A program made the translations under genes and the position numbers. A stretch of DNA of 64,000 nt from an uncultured virus (IMG/VR IMGVR_UViG_3300025723_000019) (taxonomy: Duplodnaviria; Heunggongvirae; Uroviricota; Caudoviricetes). A model generated the notes under the pieces. It was not told where the DNA came from. It saw only the letters and a list, made by a program, of their open reading frames with translations, and made no database searches. Below are positions 27,099 to 36,000 of this stretch, piece by piece. The stretch covers positions 1-64,000 of IMG/VR virus record IMGVR_UViG_3300025723_000019; one strand, 5' to 3'. Position 1 is the first letter of the stretch. The number at the start of each line of letters is the position of its first letter.

Positions 27099-28777
27099 TA
27101 TGAAGACACGTCTTCCATAATCGTCAAGTTGTAGTAACCAGCGTACTGGTCGGTGATGGCCGAAATCGGGCCTTGATAATAGGCACTTGACCAACTCCCC
27201 CCATTTGGAGCCAAGTAAATACCGGAGCCGTAAATTCTGGGCAAATTTCCACCAGCATTAAACCCACCGTTTCCAATTTGAGGTCGGTAGTTGTAGGTGT
27301 TGCCATCATTTCCAATCGCCAGTGAAATCCGAAGGGGATTTGTGTTCCCACTTTCCAAGCCAGCAATTGTGCAGTCGGTGTAGCAGAGGCCCAAGAACAC
27401 GTTGACTGGGCTGTCGTTGACGATGGTGATGTTTCTGCGCTTTGGATTTGCCGGACAAAGTGTCGTTTCCCACGGGTAGGCATACGCACTTTTCGGTGCT
27501 GAAATGTAATTGTTGGAGCCATCAACGATGGCCGGGAAGCGGTATTGAGGGTTGCTGGGGTCGTAGTACAAATCCCCCTGAGTGCCTAAAACGTAGAGGT
27601 GCTGAATGTATGTTTGGTTGAGGCCGGTGGCGTAAGGGGTCTGCGACATTCCCAAACTAACGTGTTGCAAATATCCTGCAAAGATGTTGAAAAGATTGTT
27701 CGTCGGGTTGTTCGTCGGCGCAGTGAAAAGCGACAGGTTTGTTGATTGGTGACCGGCTTCGCTCGCCAACGTGCCAACATATGAATAAATCTGAACTCCG
27801 TTAGCCCAGACCGTCAATTCGGCTTGCCCACTTGGGAAAATCACATTTACGTTGACCGTGACCATATAGGTGTCGTTCTGCGACACCGAATCGTTGAGCG
27901 AAGAAAAGAAATTTGACGGGTCAAGAATTTGCGAAAAAACCTGCACCAAGTAATTCTGAGTGTTGGTGTTTTGGAAAATTACTTCGTACTCGCCGCCCTT
28001 GTTGAGGATTCGACCAAATGAAAGCGAACGGTCTGCGACGGACACGTCCACACTGGAACTTGACACGTTGACAACGTTGGTAAGAGTGAGGTAAGTGGTC
28101 GAACCGGATACGGAGACATTAGAAATGCCAGTTCCGGGTGGGATTCCAGCACCAGTAATTTGAACCCAGTTCGTCGGTTGAGTAGGGGAGTAGTTGTTGA
28201 CGTAGTTGTACAACTTCCCAACTCCAAAACCCGAACCGGTGTTTCCACCACCAAGGTCGGAAGTTGAAACGGCAGCAGTAGTTACGCCCCCAGTGGTGCT
28301 GAACGTCGCATTTTTTCCCTGACAGAAGTACGGCGTTGGCGATGCTGTGACTTGAATCCAAGCGTTGATGGCGAGGTTGCTAGCAGAATAACGACTGAGG
28401 GTCGTTGTGTTGCCGACAACGATTCCACCACCAGCGTTGTAGACCGTCGAACCAGCAGTTACAAAAACCGAGTGGTCGTTTGGCCTGCCCGGAAGAATAC
28501 TGGGTTGGTAGGTTACTGCGTATGTTGAATTGTAAGTTCCGTTGAGAAGCGAACCGTAAGTGCTGGAATTGACTGCCGTTGTCGAAATGTCACCGAGCGA
28601 CCAGTGAGCGATAAGGTCGTTGGTGGAATTGTTGAACCCACCATCCATTGCGTTCGTTAATGCGTTTGGCGACCAGCCCGTGCCGGTTGCCGTAGAGCCA
28701 GTCGGTGCTGAAGTTCCCGTAGACAGGATGGCGTTTTGGTAGTAGTCGTGCGTGAGGCCTGTAAGGGTGACGCTCAT
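27098..28777 (-). CDS. tail-associated protein with LamG-like domain
   Basis: LIAHWSLGD, INAWIQ, ILNKG, TVWANG pattern; C-terminal RRNITIVNDS module. Confidence 0.6.
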   Translation of the reverse strand: MSVTLTGLTHDYYQNAILSTGTSAPTGSTATGTGWSPNALTNAMDGGFNNSTNDLIAHWSLGDISTTAVNSSTYGSLLNGTYNSTYAVTYQPSILPGRPNDHSVFVTAGSTVYNAGGGIVVGNTTTLSRYSASNLAINAWIQVTASPTPYFCQGKNATFSTTGGVTTAAVSTSDLGGGNTGSGFGVGKLYNYVNNYSPTQPTNWVQITGAGIPPGTGISNVSVSGSTTYLTLTNVVNVSSSSVDVSVADRSLSFGRILNKGGEYEVIFQNTNTQNYLVQVFSQILDPSNFFSSLNDSVSQNDTYMVTVNVNVIFPSGQAELTVWANGVQIYSYVGTLASEAGHQSTNLSLFTAPTNNPTNNLFNIFAGYLQHVSLGMSQTPYATGLNQTYIQHLYVLGTQGDLYYDPSNPQYRFPAIVDGSNNYISAPKSAYAYPWETTLCPANPKRRNITIVNDSPVNVFLGLCYTDCTIAGLESGNTNPLRISLAIGNDGNTYNYRPQIGNGGFNAGGNLPRIYGSGIYLAPNGGSWSSAYYQGPISAITDQYAGYYNLTIMEDVSS

Positions 28778-29052
28778 AGTTCCCAACCCACAAGAAGTCC
28801 ATTGCCGGGAGCAGTGGTCGAAACTGCCGTGAACCAACCCGTCGCGGCAGTCACGAAGATTCCACCATTTGGATTAAGGCGCACCCCTTGGCGTAAAGTT
28901 GCAGGAGCAGTCGAACCGCTTGCACCGTAACCCAAGTAAATGACGTTTCCCGTGGTGCTGACGTTTTGCAGAACCAATTGCTTTCGACTGGAGTTTGCAG
29001 GAACGACAAGAACTGATTGGTAGGTCGGGAACAATACTGAAATCGCAGCCAT
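28774..29052 (-). CDS. small virion-associated protein
   Basis: GGAGG RBS; NSSRKQLVLQN..IYLG..GVRLNPNGG module. Confidence 0.65.
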   Translation of the reverse strand: MAAISVLFPTYQSVLVVPANSSRKQLVLQNVSTTGNVIYLGYGASGSTAPATLRQGVRLNPNGGIFVTAATGWFTAVSTTAPGNGLLVGWEL

Positions 29053-29825
29053 TAGACCTCCACGAACGTCAACATCGCAGTTGAACCACTGAGCGTGATG
29101 GCCGAGATAGTTCCACCATAGATGTAGGTGTTCCACGACTGTCCGGGATACAATTGTATTCCGCTTCCTGTGGCTGCCGTAGAACCAAGGGCTAACCAAA
29201 TTGTGTTGGAGGGGTCAATGTTGGTGGCCGTGAATTGCTTCCTATTGACGTTGGTAGATAGCACCGTTACGCCAGAACCAGCGTTGTACGAGACAATGGT
29301 GGAACCTGCCGGAGTTGCTGCCGAAGATGTCGTTGCCGGTGGCCCTGCTGGGCCGGTTGGCCCGATTGGGCCACCAGATGCCCCAGTTGCCCCTTGTGGG
29401 CCTTGCTGAAGCGTGAAGTTGAAGGCGTAAGAACCAGATGTACCAGTGATGCCTACGCTTGGAGTTCCTGTCGGGCCGGTGCTGAAAACTGTTCCAATTG
29501 AAAACGTCGCTGCTGGGCCGACAGAACCCTGAGGGCCGGTGGAACCAGTTGCCCCCTGAGGCCCAGTAGCCCCAGTCGCACCCTGCGCTCCGACAACTGC
29601 TGTGACCCACGTTCCAATCGTTAGCGACAAGCCGTTGGTGATGTTCGACGTACTGCCAACCGTGATGGTGCCAGTTCCAATGCTGGAAATTGTCGTGTTG
29701 ACCCCAGAAGCAATGACCGACATCGAAATAGCAAGACCTGATGTGCTGCTGACCGGCACGACAAGTCCTGTCGGGTTGCCTGTCGTCACGGTTGCTGCTA
29801 GTGAAAAGTAAGCGAGTTGGGTCAT
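29052..29825 (-). CDS. collagen-like tail fibre protein
   Basis: G-X-Y repeats [10 protein letters not shown]. Confidence 0.75.
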   Translation of the reverse strand: MTQLAYFSLAATVTTGNPTGLVVPVSSTSGLAISMSVIASGVNTTISSIGTGTITVGSTSNITNGLSLTIGTWVTAVVGAQGATGATGPQGATGSTGPQGSVGPAATFSIGTVFSTGPTGTPSVGITGTSGSYAFNFTLQQGPQGATGASGGPIGPTGPAGPPATTSSAATPAGSTIVSYNAGSGVTVLSTNVNRKQFTATNIDPSNTIWLALGSTAATGSGIQLYPGQSWNTYIYGGTISAITLSGSTAMLTFVEV

Positions 29826-29832
29826 TCTGGGC

Positions 29833-31077
29833 CTAGATGTTTGCGCTCAGGTATTCAAACAATATTTGCGAACCGTTGATAAACGCGACACCACCAGCAG
29901 TAGACAATTTCAGTGCCGTGTTGCCGACAACGTAAGTGACGGAAAAGGTGTTTCCAGCAGTCAACTTCTGCGTGTAGGAATCTGATTGCGTTGTCGTGTA
30001 GCCAGAGTTGGTAACGAGGGTAGAAGCGAGGTTTGGGCCATTACTCCCAATAACTTTGGCGTTGAAGTTGGTATTGACCTGTCCAGTTGCAACCCAATAG
30101 GTGGAAATTCTGTAGATGCCAGTTGTATTCACGGTGAAGACCGTTCCAGTCCCATCAACAGAAATGGTTCCCGTGTAGTTGTATGCAGTGGTGGAACCAG
30201 TGAGCCAAGAAAGCGTCGTGCCATTCAAACCGGCAGTTTGCGTTGCGCCAGCAGTTGCGCCACTTACTGAAAACACTGCACCCATCCACGTCGGGCTAGT
30301 TCCGCTTGCTCCTGTCGGGCCAGTCGCTCCCGTTGGGCCGGTTGCTCCAGTTGCTCCGGTTGAGCCTGTGGCTCCTTGCTGAAGTACAAAACTCAGCGCA
30401 AACGTGTTGCCGGTCTGGGAGACGGAGACTGACGGACTTCCCGTTGGGCCAGTACCGGTGACGGTTCCAATTGTTGCAGTCGGAGCCGGGCCTGTTGGCC
30501 CCTGAGTTCCGTTTCCAGCAGCAGCCGTGTTGAGCCAGAGCATCAACGTGTTGCCCGGTGGCAGCGTTCCAGTAAAGATGTCGGTCTGCCCGGTCACGGC
30601 GAGGCTGACAATAACTCGCTTATCCAAAATCTCGTTGGTGGTGATGCTTGTCGTGGGCGTGGCGTTCGTGCCTTCGACGTAGATTTCAGCGAGCAGCACT
30701 GCGTTGGCAGGCAGGTTCGGCTTAATCGGGGCTGCCGAATCGTTCGTGAACTGCCAATTCGCCGTGGTTGAGGCGTTTCCAGCAAGATAGTTGTAGACAA
30801 CTGCCGAGCCACTCCAAGTGGCGTACACGATGTCTCGTCGGTCACCGGTACTGGCTGCTGAAACCACTACCGTGCCGGAGTTGGCCGAGTAGGAAGAACC
30901 TGCGATGGCGATTACACCACTCGCAATCCCGACGGTCATCCCTGAACTTGGGGTCACGGCGCACCCGGAGATGACACCGGTAAGTGCTGAACCTGCCGTA
31001 ATCGCTGCGAAATCAGTCGAATCTACAACCGACTGCGCTGGGTAGTTCGTCGGATTCTCGTAGGTCGGGAAGTTCAT
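29833..31077 (-). CDS. collagen-like tail fibre protein, possible C1q/TNF-like C-terminus
   Basis: GGGAGG RBS; GATGPTG repeats; [12 protein letters not shown]. Confidence 0.75.
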   Translation of the reverse strand: MNFPTYENPTNYPAQSVVDSTDFAAITAGSALTGVISGCAVTPSSGMTVGIASGVIAIAGSSYSANSGTVVVSAASTGDRRDIVYATWSGSAVVYNYLAGNASTTANWQFTNDSAAPIKPNLPANAVLLAEIYVEGTNATPTTSITTNEILDKRVIVSLAVTGQTDIFTGTLPPGNTLMLWLNTAAAGNGTQGPTGPAPTATIGTVTGTGPTGSPSVSVSQTGNTFALSFVLQQGATGSTGATGATGPTGATGPTGASGTSPTWMGAVFSVSGATAGATQTAGLNGTTLSWLTGSTTAYNYTGTISVDGTGTVFTVNTTGIYRISTYWVATGQVNTNFNAKVIGSNGPNLASTLVTNSGYTTTQSDSYTQKLTAGNTFSVTYVVGNTALKLSTAGGVAFINGSQILFEYLSANI

Positions 31078-31084
31078 AGCCTCC

Positions 31085-31444
31085 CTATGATACTTCGGAA
31101 ATTGTTATTTCTAAAGCATCCTTGCCGAACTTCGGCACCAGAAACGTCAATTTCAGTACCACGTTTGCGTTGTCATCCAGCAAAACTCCGGCATCAACGA
31201 GGCCGTCAACGGCTGCCTTCACTGCTGGAAAACAGTTGCCAACATCCTGCCGGTACCGAGCGTTCAAAACGTAGGGCTGGGCCACCACTTCTATTTGTTC
31301 CAAATGTGGAACCATAAATTCTTGGGCCAGTTCGCAAAAGGCCTGTCGCCACTCTTTCACCAACTTGGCTCGCTGCATATGGTGGAGCGTTCGTTCCTTG
31401 TTGAGCGTCCAAGGGCGTTCAGGGTATTCCAGCGTCCAACTCAT
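31085..31444 (-). CDS. rusA: RusA-like Holliday junction resolvase
   Basis: QDVGN..KAAVDGLVDAGVLLDDN motif. Confidence 0.8.
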   Translation of the reverse strand: MSWTLEYPERPWTLNKERTLHHMQRAKLVKEWRQAFCELAQEFMVPHLEQIEVVAQPYVLNARYRQDVGNCFPAVKAAVDGLVDAGVLLDDNANVVLKLTFLVPKFGKDALEITISEVS

Positions 31445-31938
31445 AATGCAATGACCTTAAACGGTTTGCGAACGTAGGTGGTGTGGTACATCGCTGCCGA
31501 CAGGGACAACTTTATGCGGCTCTGTGGTGATAGGTCATCCATTGTTTCCAAAACGTGCAGGGCTGCGAGAGCAGCAAGACCGCCGGAACCGATGGCGTTG
31601 TAGCGTTCCGAGGATTTCACTAAAGAGAAGTCCGAGCCGATTTCCCAGACCCCTTCCAATCCAACGACGAGTACGCCCCAGTCTGGTGATATTGGGAAGC
31701 CCGACTTCTCGCTTTGAGTGATGAGGTAGTCCCGGAGTTGCCGAGGTTCGCCCAGACCGCTTTGGTGAACGAGTTCCATAATGCGAAACGAGCCGGACAC
31801 TCCGACGAGCGTGTGGTGTTCTACTGACTTCCAAACCTTCTGGTTAGTCGTAGTGATTGCCGAGCCTTCGTCAAAGGCTCCTGAATCGCCGCCGATGACT
31901 GCGTTTTCACCATCACTCCAACCGCAGATTACCGTCAT
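31441..31938 (-). CDS. HslV/proteasome-beta-like Ntn peptidase
   Basis: N-terminal Thr (MTVICG), GGDSG, KVW, GVSGS, AIGSGG. Confidence 0.75.
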   Translation of the reverse strand: MTVICGWSDGENAVIGGDSGAFDEGSAITTTNQKVWKSVEHHTLVGVSGSFRIMELVHQSGLGEPRQLRDYLITQSEKSGFPISPDWGVLVVGLEGVWEIGSDFSLVKSSERYNAIGSGGLAALAALHVLETMDDLSPQSRIKLSLSAAMYHTTYVRKPFKVIAL

Positions 31939-32057
31939 AGGACAAGCCTACTTCCGGTTGCGATGGAAGACCGCGAGGCCGAGGATGGTGTTGATGATGG
32001 CACAAATCGTAGTAATGGTCATACCTACTACGGTGTCCGTCGTTTTCGACGGCGCAC

Positions 32058-32249
32058 TCAGTTCTGTTCGGCTGTGTGCTTTCCACCTGCCACAAACGCT
32101 TGCCCGTAACTTCCCCACTTCGGGGTTGTCCAGCCACAAGTGCAGAACGGCTGGAACAACTCACGGTTCATCATCTGGCTCTTGGTGGCTTCGATGGTGA
32201 TTGCGTGATTTCCAACCGGGGTTGGGGTGGCCTTCTTGCGCCCAGCCAT
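32058..32249 (-). CDS. small Zn-binding protein
   Basis: H..CTCGW..H. Confidence 0.45.
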   Translation of the reverse strand: MAGRKKATPTPVGNHAITIEATKSQMMNRELFQPFCTCGWTTPKWGSYGQAFVAGGKHTAEQN

Positions 32250-32260
32250 TACTTCGATAC

Positions 32261-32884
32261 TCAGTCGCCGTAGTAGGACCAGTCGGGCTCTTGATGACCG
32301 TTCGCAATGTCGGCATCAAGGTCCGAGCCAGTGCCGTTGGCGGCGAAAAGATTAGCGACAGCATCCTTGTAGGTTCCTACCTGCTTGCCGGTTCCCAACT
32401 CGTAGATAGGGTCACTCAAGGAGTGTGGCGTTCCATCTGCTTCTTCTTTGCCAGTGGTGGAGAAACTCAGACCGGGAAAATCCCTTCTGTCCGTACTCAA
32501 GTCATCGGTGTACGTCAACACCTTTTGGGGCGACGCACGCAGCGTGGTGTCAATGTGGTTGCCATCGTCCGAGCCTTGAGCGTGAAAACTTATCTCTCCG
32601 TTGTGTTCAACTTCGATTTCACCGTTGCTAATCCAGAAGGGAAGGCCATCTTCTGCTCCCCCTCGCCTCACGAGGAAGGTGGAACCGTTTCTCCCCGGCT
32701 CTACGTGAAAGTCGGGAAGATTGGGGAAATAGGGGTTGAGTGGCTTAGGGGCTGTACCGCCCGTCTCTTCCTTTGTCCACTGGTTTCCGTGAAATTCGTG
32801 GCCGGGCAGGTCGCCCTTCTTGATAGCGGTAAACGCCTTACCAATGGGGTCAAGGTTGTCGGGATGGAATGGGTTGGTGTTCAT
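32261..32884 (-). CDS. leader-family protein with unknown acidic cargo
   Basis: NPFHP..IKKGDLPGHEFHGNQW leader; TAGGAT -10 six nt before ATG. Confidence 0.75.
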   Translation of the reverse strand: MNTNPFHPDNLDPIGKAFTAIKKGDLPGHEFHGNQWTKEETGGTAPKPLNPYFPNLPDFHVEPGRNGSTFLVRRGGAEDGLPFWISNGEIEVEHNGEISFHAQGSDDGNHIDTTLRASPQKVLTYTDDLSTDRRDFPGLSFSTTGKEEADGTPHSLSDPIYELGTGKQVGTYKDAVANLFAANGTGSDLDADIANGHQEPDWSYYGD

Positions 32885-32893
32885 AATCTAATC

Positions 32894-33454
32894 CTACCTT
32901 AGGGGTGTGACATTTTCAAGTGCTGCTGAATGGGCATCGAACAACTGTTGTGGCGTGACGGTGTAGATATCTCCCAAGTCAATGTAGAAGCCACCGAAGC
33001 GCAGTGCCTCGCCACCGAGTGCTGAACAAATCCACGAGCCGGGGCGACGGAACGCCACAAACCACTCAGGGGTCAGCACGTCAATCGCAATGCAAGCGAT
33101 GGTGAGCAAGCCATAGGGGTCACCCAGTTGGTCGTTGGCAAACTCGGCCACCTTGGTCGGGTCGCAGTTGACAGGTGGGTGCAGCACCGTGACCAGTTCG
33201 GCAGCATCGGAGATTTCACTGAACCGGGACAGGATGATGCCGTGGACTGGAGTGGCTTGGACAACGAGGATGCTGTCGTAGGTGTCGCCAGCCTTGACCA
33301 CCGTAAAGACGTGGTTGTAGGTGGTGTGGTGGAACTTGATGCGCTCGCCAATGCGGATGAGCCGACCTACTTGCCCGTTGGTCTTGGCGTAGCCCGTGTC
33401 CCCCACTCGGATTTCACTGGGATGCAGGTTGATGGAGCAGGGAATGGAAGTCAC
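32894..33454 (-). CDS. permuted papain-like (NlpC/P60, YiiX-like) amidase
   Basis: VGD..YNHVF before GDPYG and WICSAL; VTPQQL. Confidence 0.75.
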   Translation of the reverse strand: MTSIPCSINLHPSEIRVGDTGYAKTNGQVGRLIRIGERIKFHHTTYNHVFTVVKAGDTYDSILVVQATPVHGIILSRFSEISDAAELVTVLHPPVNCDPTKVAEFANDQLGDPYGLLTIACIAIDVLTPEWFVAFRRPGSWICSALGGEALRFGGFYIDLGDIYTVTPQQLFDAHSAALENVTPLR

Positions 33455-33482
33455 ACCAAAATGCTACAGCCGAGTTTGGAAA

Positions 33483-33974
33483 ATGGCGAAAGCCCCACCC
33501 AAAGGTGAGGCTCGTCGCTTTACTGCTCTCACTACCCAGCCCCGAAGGTTTAGTCTGCCTGCTTAGTTCTCCCCGATGTTGCTGGTTCGCCCCGTATGAC
33601 AGCACCGGATAATGGCACCGCAGTTCTCGGTTTCATTCGATAAGTCTGGCAGAACCACCCTGCTCGCCCACACGCGTCCAAGTGGAAGGGTAAGCCCAGC
33701 CTGCCAGCCTGCTCGCGCTCGTCACTCTTTGGCGTAGAACTCAAATTGGGATTTCCCGTTCTAAGCGGTAGCCCCACCTCACAACGGTGCCTTAGAAGCC
33801 CGTTGCCCAAAGTGGTTCTCCACACCCATCGAATGGTGACTTGTAATCTCTAGGCGAGGTGCGAGTAAGCAAACGTTGGGTTTGTGCTAGCCGAAGCAAC
33901 AAGGCCTACCGCACACCCCCTAGAAACTACAAATCGGTTTTCAAGGAACTCCGTAGAACCAACTTCGCCCTACA
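33483..33974 (-). ncRNA. candidate large structured ncRNA, family unassigned
   Basis: own promoter; long stems with G-U pairs (33919-33932/33841-33854; 33811-33835/33634-33659); terminal hairpin; no credible ORF. Confidence 0.65.
33490..33512 (-). terminator. terminator-like hairpin
   Basis: AGCCTCACC-TTTG-GGTGGGGCT followed by TTCGCCATTT. Confidence 0.55.
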
Positions 33975-33980
33975 TAAACC

Positions 33981-34009
33981 AGTGTACAGTACCGGTGTCA
34001 CAAAGTCAA
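33981..34009 (-). promoter_or_regulatory. sigma70-type promoter
   Basis: TTGACT-17-TACACT; spacer TTGTGACACCGG. Confidence 0.7.
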
Positions 34010-34045
34010 GTCATTTCCAAAACTTTTTTTGGTGATGTTGGAAGC

Positions 34046-34546
34046 CTAAAGTTTTAGGCCGTACTGCTTGGCGAGCAAGGGGTTGTCTTCGACCCATCCG
34101 TTGTGGAAGTCACACAAGGTGATGACGTTCTCCATATTCAAGATGTTCTCGTCGGTGCGCCCTGCCTTGGCCCGGCTCAGAAGTTCGTGGCCGTGGATTT
34201 CACCGAAGCATTTTGGAAGTCCAGCGTTCGGTGGAGCGTACTCAAAGAACCGACACTCCCAAGTCCGGGGGTCGCCAAACTTTTCCACCATTCGCTTCTT
34301 GCGTTCGACGTTGACCTCACGGCGATGGTCGCTCACTGGCTTCAGTGGTGTGCGCTTCATCACTTTGGAAGCCTTGACTGCTGATTCTCGCTGGGTTGCC
34401 TGCCACCGATTTGCTTGGCTGCGCTTCTTGGCTCCGTCGCAGGCTCTACAGGCTGGTGAATAGGCTCCCGGCCTGTCTCTGCGCTCCGTGAAGTCGCTCA
34501 GGGGCTTCCACTCGTTGCACTTACGGCAACGCTTCTTGTCGCTCAC
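34046..34546 (-). CDS. HNH-like endonuclease with N-terminal Zn finger
   Basis: CRKC..CRAC; HGHELLSR..NVITLCDFHNGWV. Confidence 0.7.
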   Translation of the reverse strand: MSDKKRCRKCNEWKPLSDFTERRDRPGAYSPACRACDGAKKRSQANRWQATQRESAVKASKVMKRTPLKPVSDHRREVNVERKKRMVEKFGDPRTWECRFFEYAPPNAGLPKCFGEIHGHELLSRAKAGRTDENILNMENVITLCDFHNGWVEDNPLLAKQYGLKL

Positions 34547-34737
34547 TTCTTGGGGCGCAGGTGGCTCGTGCGCAAGGTGACGAGCGCAGGGTCAACGCTC
34601 CGGGTGCGGAAAATGTTGTTTCCACCAGTGATTCGCAGTCGGCCATCCTTTTCGACGGCACGGAAGAAGAACTTGCCCTTGGTTTCACCTTCAATCCAAA
34701 CTGGGTGGTCGGTTTCTACTTGCGTCCAATCAGTCAT
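34543..34737 (-). CDS. small SH3-like protein
   Basis: GAGGA RBS; distant similarity to 38636 and 60557 ORFs. Confidence 0.55.
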   Translation of the reverse strand: MTDWTQVETDHPVWIEGETKGKFFFRAVEKDGRLRITGGNNIFRTRSVDPALVTLRTSHLRPKK

Positions 34738-34846
34738 TGTTGTCCTCTATGGTGAAAGGGAGCGTCAGGGCGAGGGGGAGACGGCGAAGTGACCACCTCG
34801 CCCCGACTATTCCTACCCATTTGGGTAGGCGTTCTAGTTGAACACG

Positions 34847-35437
34847 TCAAGCGAGCGAACTGTTGTCGGTGGTGATTTGGTTCGCCACCGTCGCTTCGTC
34901 AGCCTTGAAGGTCGTGCAGTCGTTCCCGAAGGTATTGAAGTCGGAACTGCTGTTGCTGCTCAGGGCAGTCTCGCCATCGGCTGCAACCGTCTGGAGGTCG
35001 TCCGACAAGGTCTGAATGTCGGCATTCAGCACGGGGTCGGGCGAGTTCTCGTATTGAGCGATTTGGGCTGCATCCTGACCGAGGCTAGCAAATCCGTTGG
35101 AAGCGGTGGTCTGGTCGTTGTTGCCGAGGGCAGTTGAGGTGCTGTTCCAGTCGGCCTGCACTTGGCTCCACACCGGGGAGAAGCCAGCCTTCCACGACGA
35201 GTAGGACTGCGTGTTGCTGGTCGCTCCACTGTTGGAGTTAGAACTGCTGCTCCCACCGTTGTTGGACTTTCCACCACCGGATGCTGCGCCGATGATGGCG
35301 AGAATCACGATGACTGCTGCCACGATGCCGACAATCTTGATGGTGTTGTTCGACTTCTTCGCAGGGGGCGCAGGGATGTAGGTGAACGCTCCGGTTGGGG
35401 ATTCGTTCGGGGATGGGTTTTGGTCTTGGCTGGTCAT
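34847..35437 (-). CDS. membrane-anchored secreted protein
   Basis: AAGGAG RBS; single TM IVGIVAAVIVILAIIGAA then Ser-rich linker. Confidence 0.75.
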   Translation of the reverse strand: MTSQDQNPSPNESPTGAFTYIPAPPAKKSNNTIKIVGIVAAVIVILAIIGAASGGGKSNNGGSSSSNSNSGATSNTQSYSSWKAGFSPVWSQVQADWNSTSTALGNNDQTTASNGFASLGQDAAQIAQYENSPDPVLNADIQTLSDDLQTVAADGETALSSNSSSDFNTFGNDCTTFKADEATVANQITTDNSSLA

Positions 35438-35502
35438 TGCTGCTCCTTGGTTTGGCCGTTAGGCGTTGCAAAAGGACACGATACAAGGGTTGAGCATCAG
35501 TG

Positions 35503-36000
35503 TCAAGTGCCAGTTGCTAGTTCTGCTCGCTCGTTAGTGGAAAGTTGTGCGATGCCGGAAGACAAGCCTGTGGAGAGTACCACTTTCTTGTCGCCCTGCT
35601 GCTGATACTCGCCGTAAATCTTGAAGAACTGCGCTCGTGTCGCTGTCACGTTCTCGTTGTGGCAGATGTCCCACCACCCAACGGTTTTCACTGCGCTCGC
35701 AATGGCCGGGTGCGACCAGTTGCAATTTTTTGTCCGAATCGCATCTGCGACTTCAGCCCACGCCATCTCCGGGCTTGGGGCCAGCATCCCGCAGATTTCA
35801 GCGCACGTCGAACGGAGTTCGGCAATGGTCGGGGGCCACTTCTCGGTCATCGCCCACTGCTTCGTGGCTCGCTGCACGATTTCACCGTCAATGTCCCCAA
35901 GGAGTTCGTAGTACACCTTTGGGAGTTCTTCTGTGATTTGCCACTTTGGGTACGCTGCTGAAAGCACGGCCAGCACTTGGGCGAGTTCTAGTTTCGTCAA
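35503..36000 (-). CDS. replicative helicase loader/inhibitor-like (G39P-type) protein
   Basis: LSAAYP, LLGDI, KWPPTIAELR, AWAEV; TTG coupled to initiator. Confidence 0.7.
   Translation of the reverse strand: MTKLELAQVLAVLSAAYPKWQITEELPKVYYELLGDIDGEIVQRATKQWAMTEKWPPTIAELRSTCAEICGMLAPSPEMAWAEVADAIRTKNCNWSHPAIASAVKTVGWWDICHNENVTATRAQFFKIYGEYQQQGDKKVVLSTGLSSGIAQLSTNERAELATGT

Noticed and set aside
33483..33974. tRNA, tmRNA or RNase P RNA
   Set aside because: No cloverleaf with T-loop and CCA, no tmRNA acceptor ends, no GAGGAAAGTCC motif.
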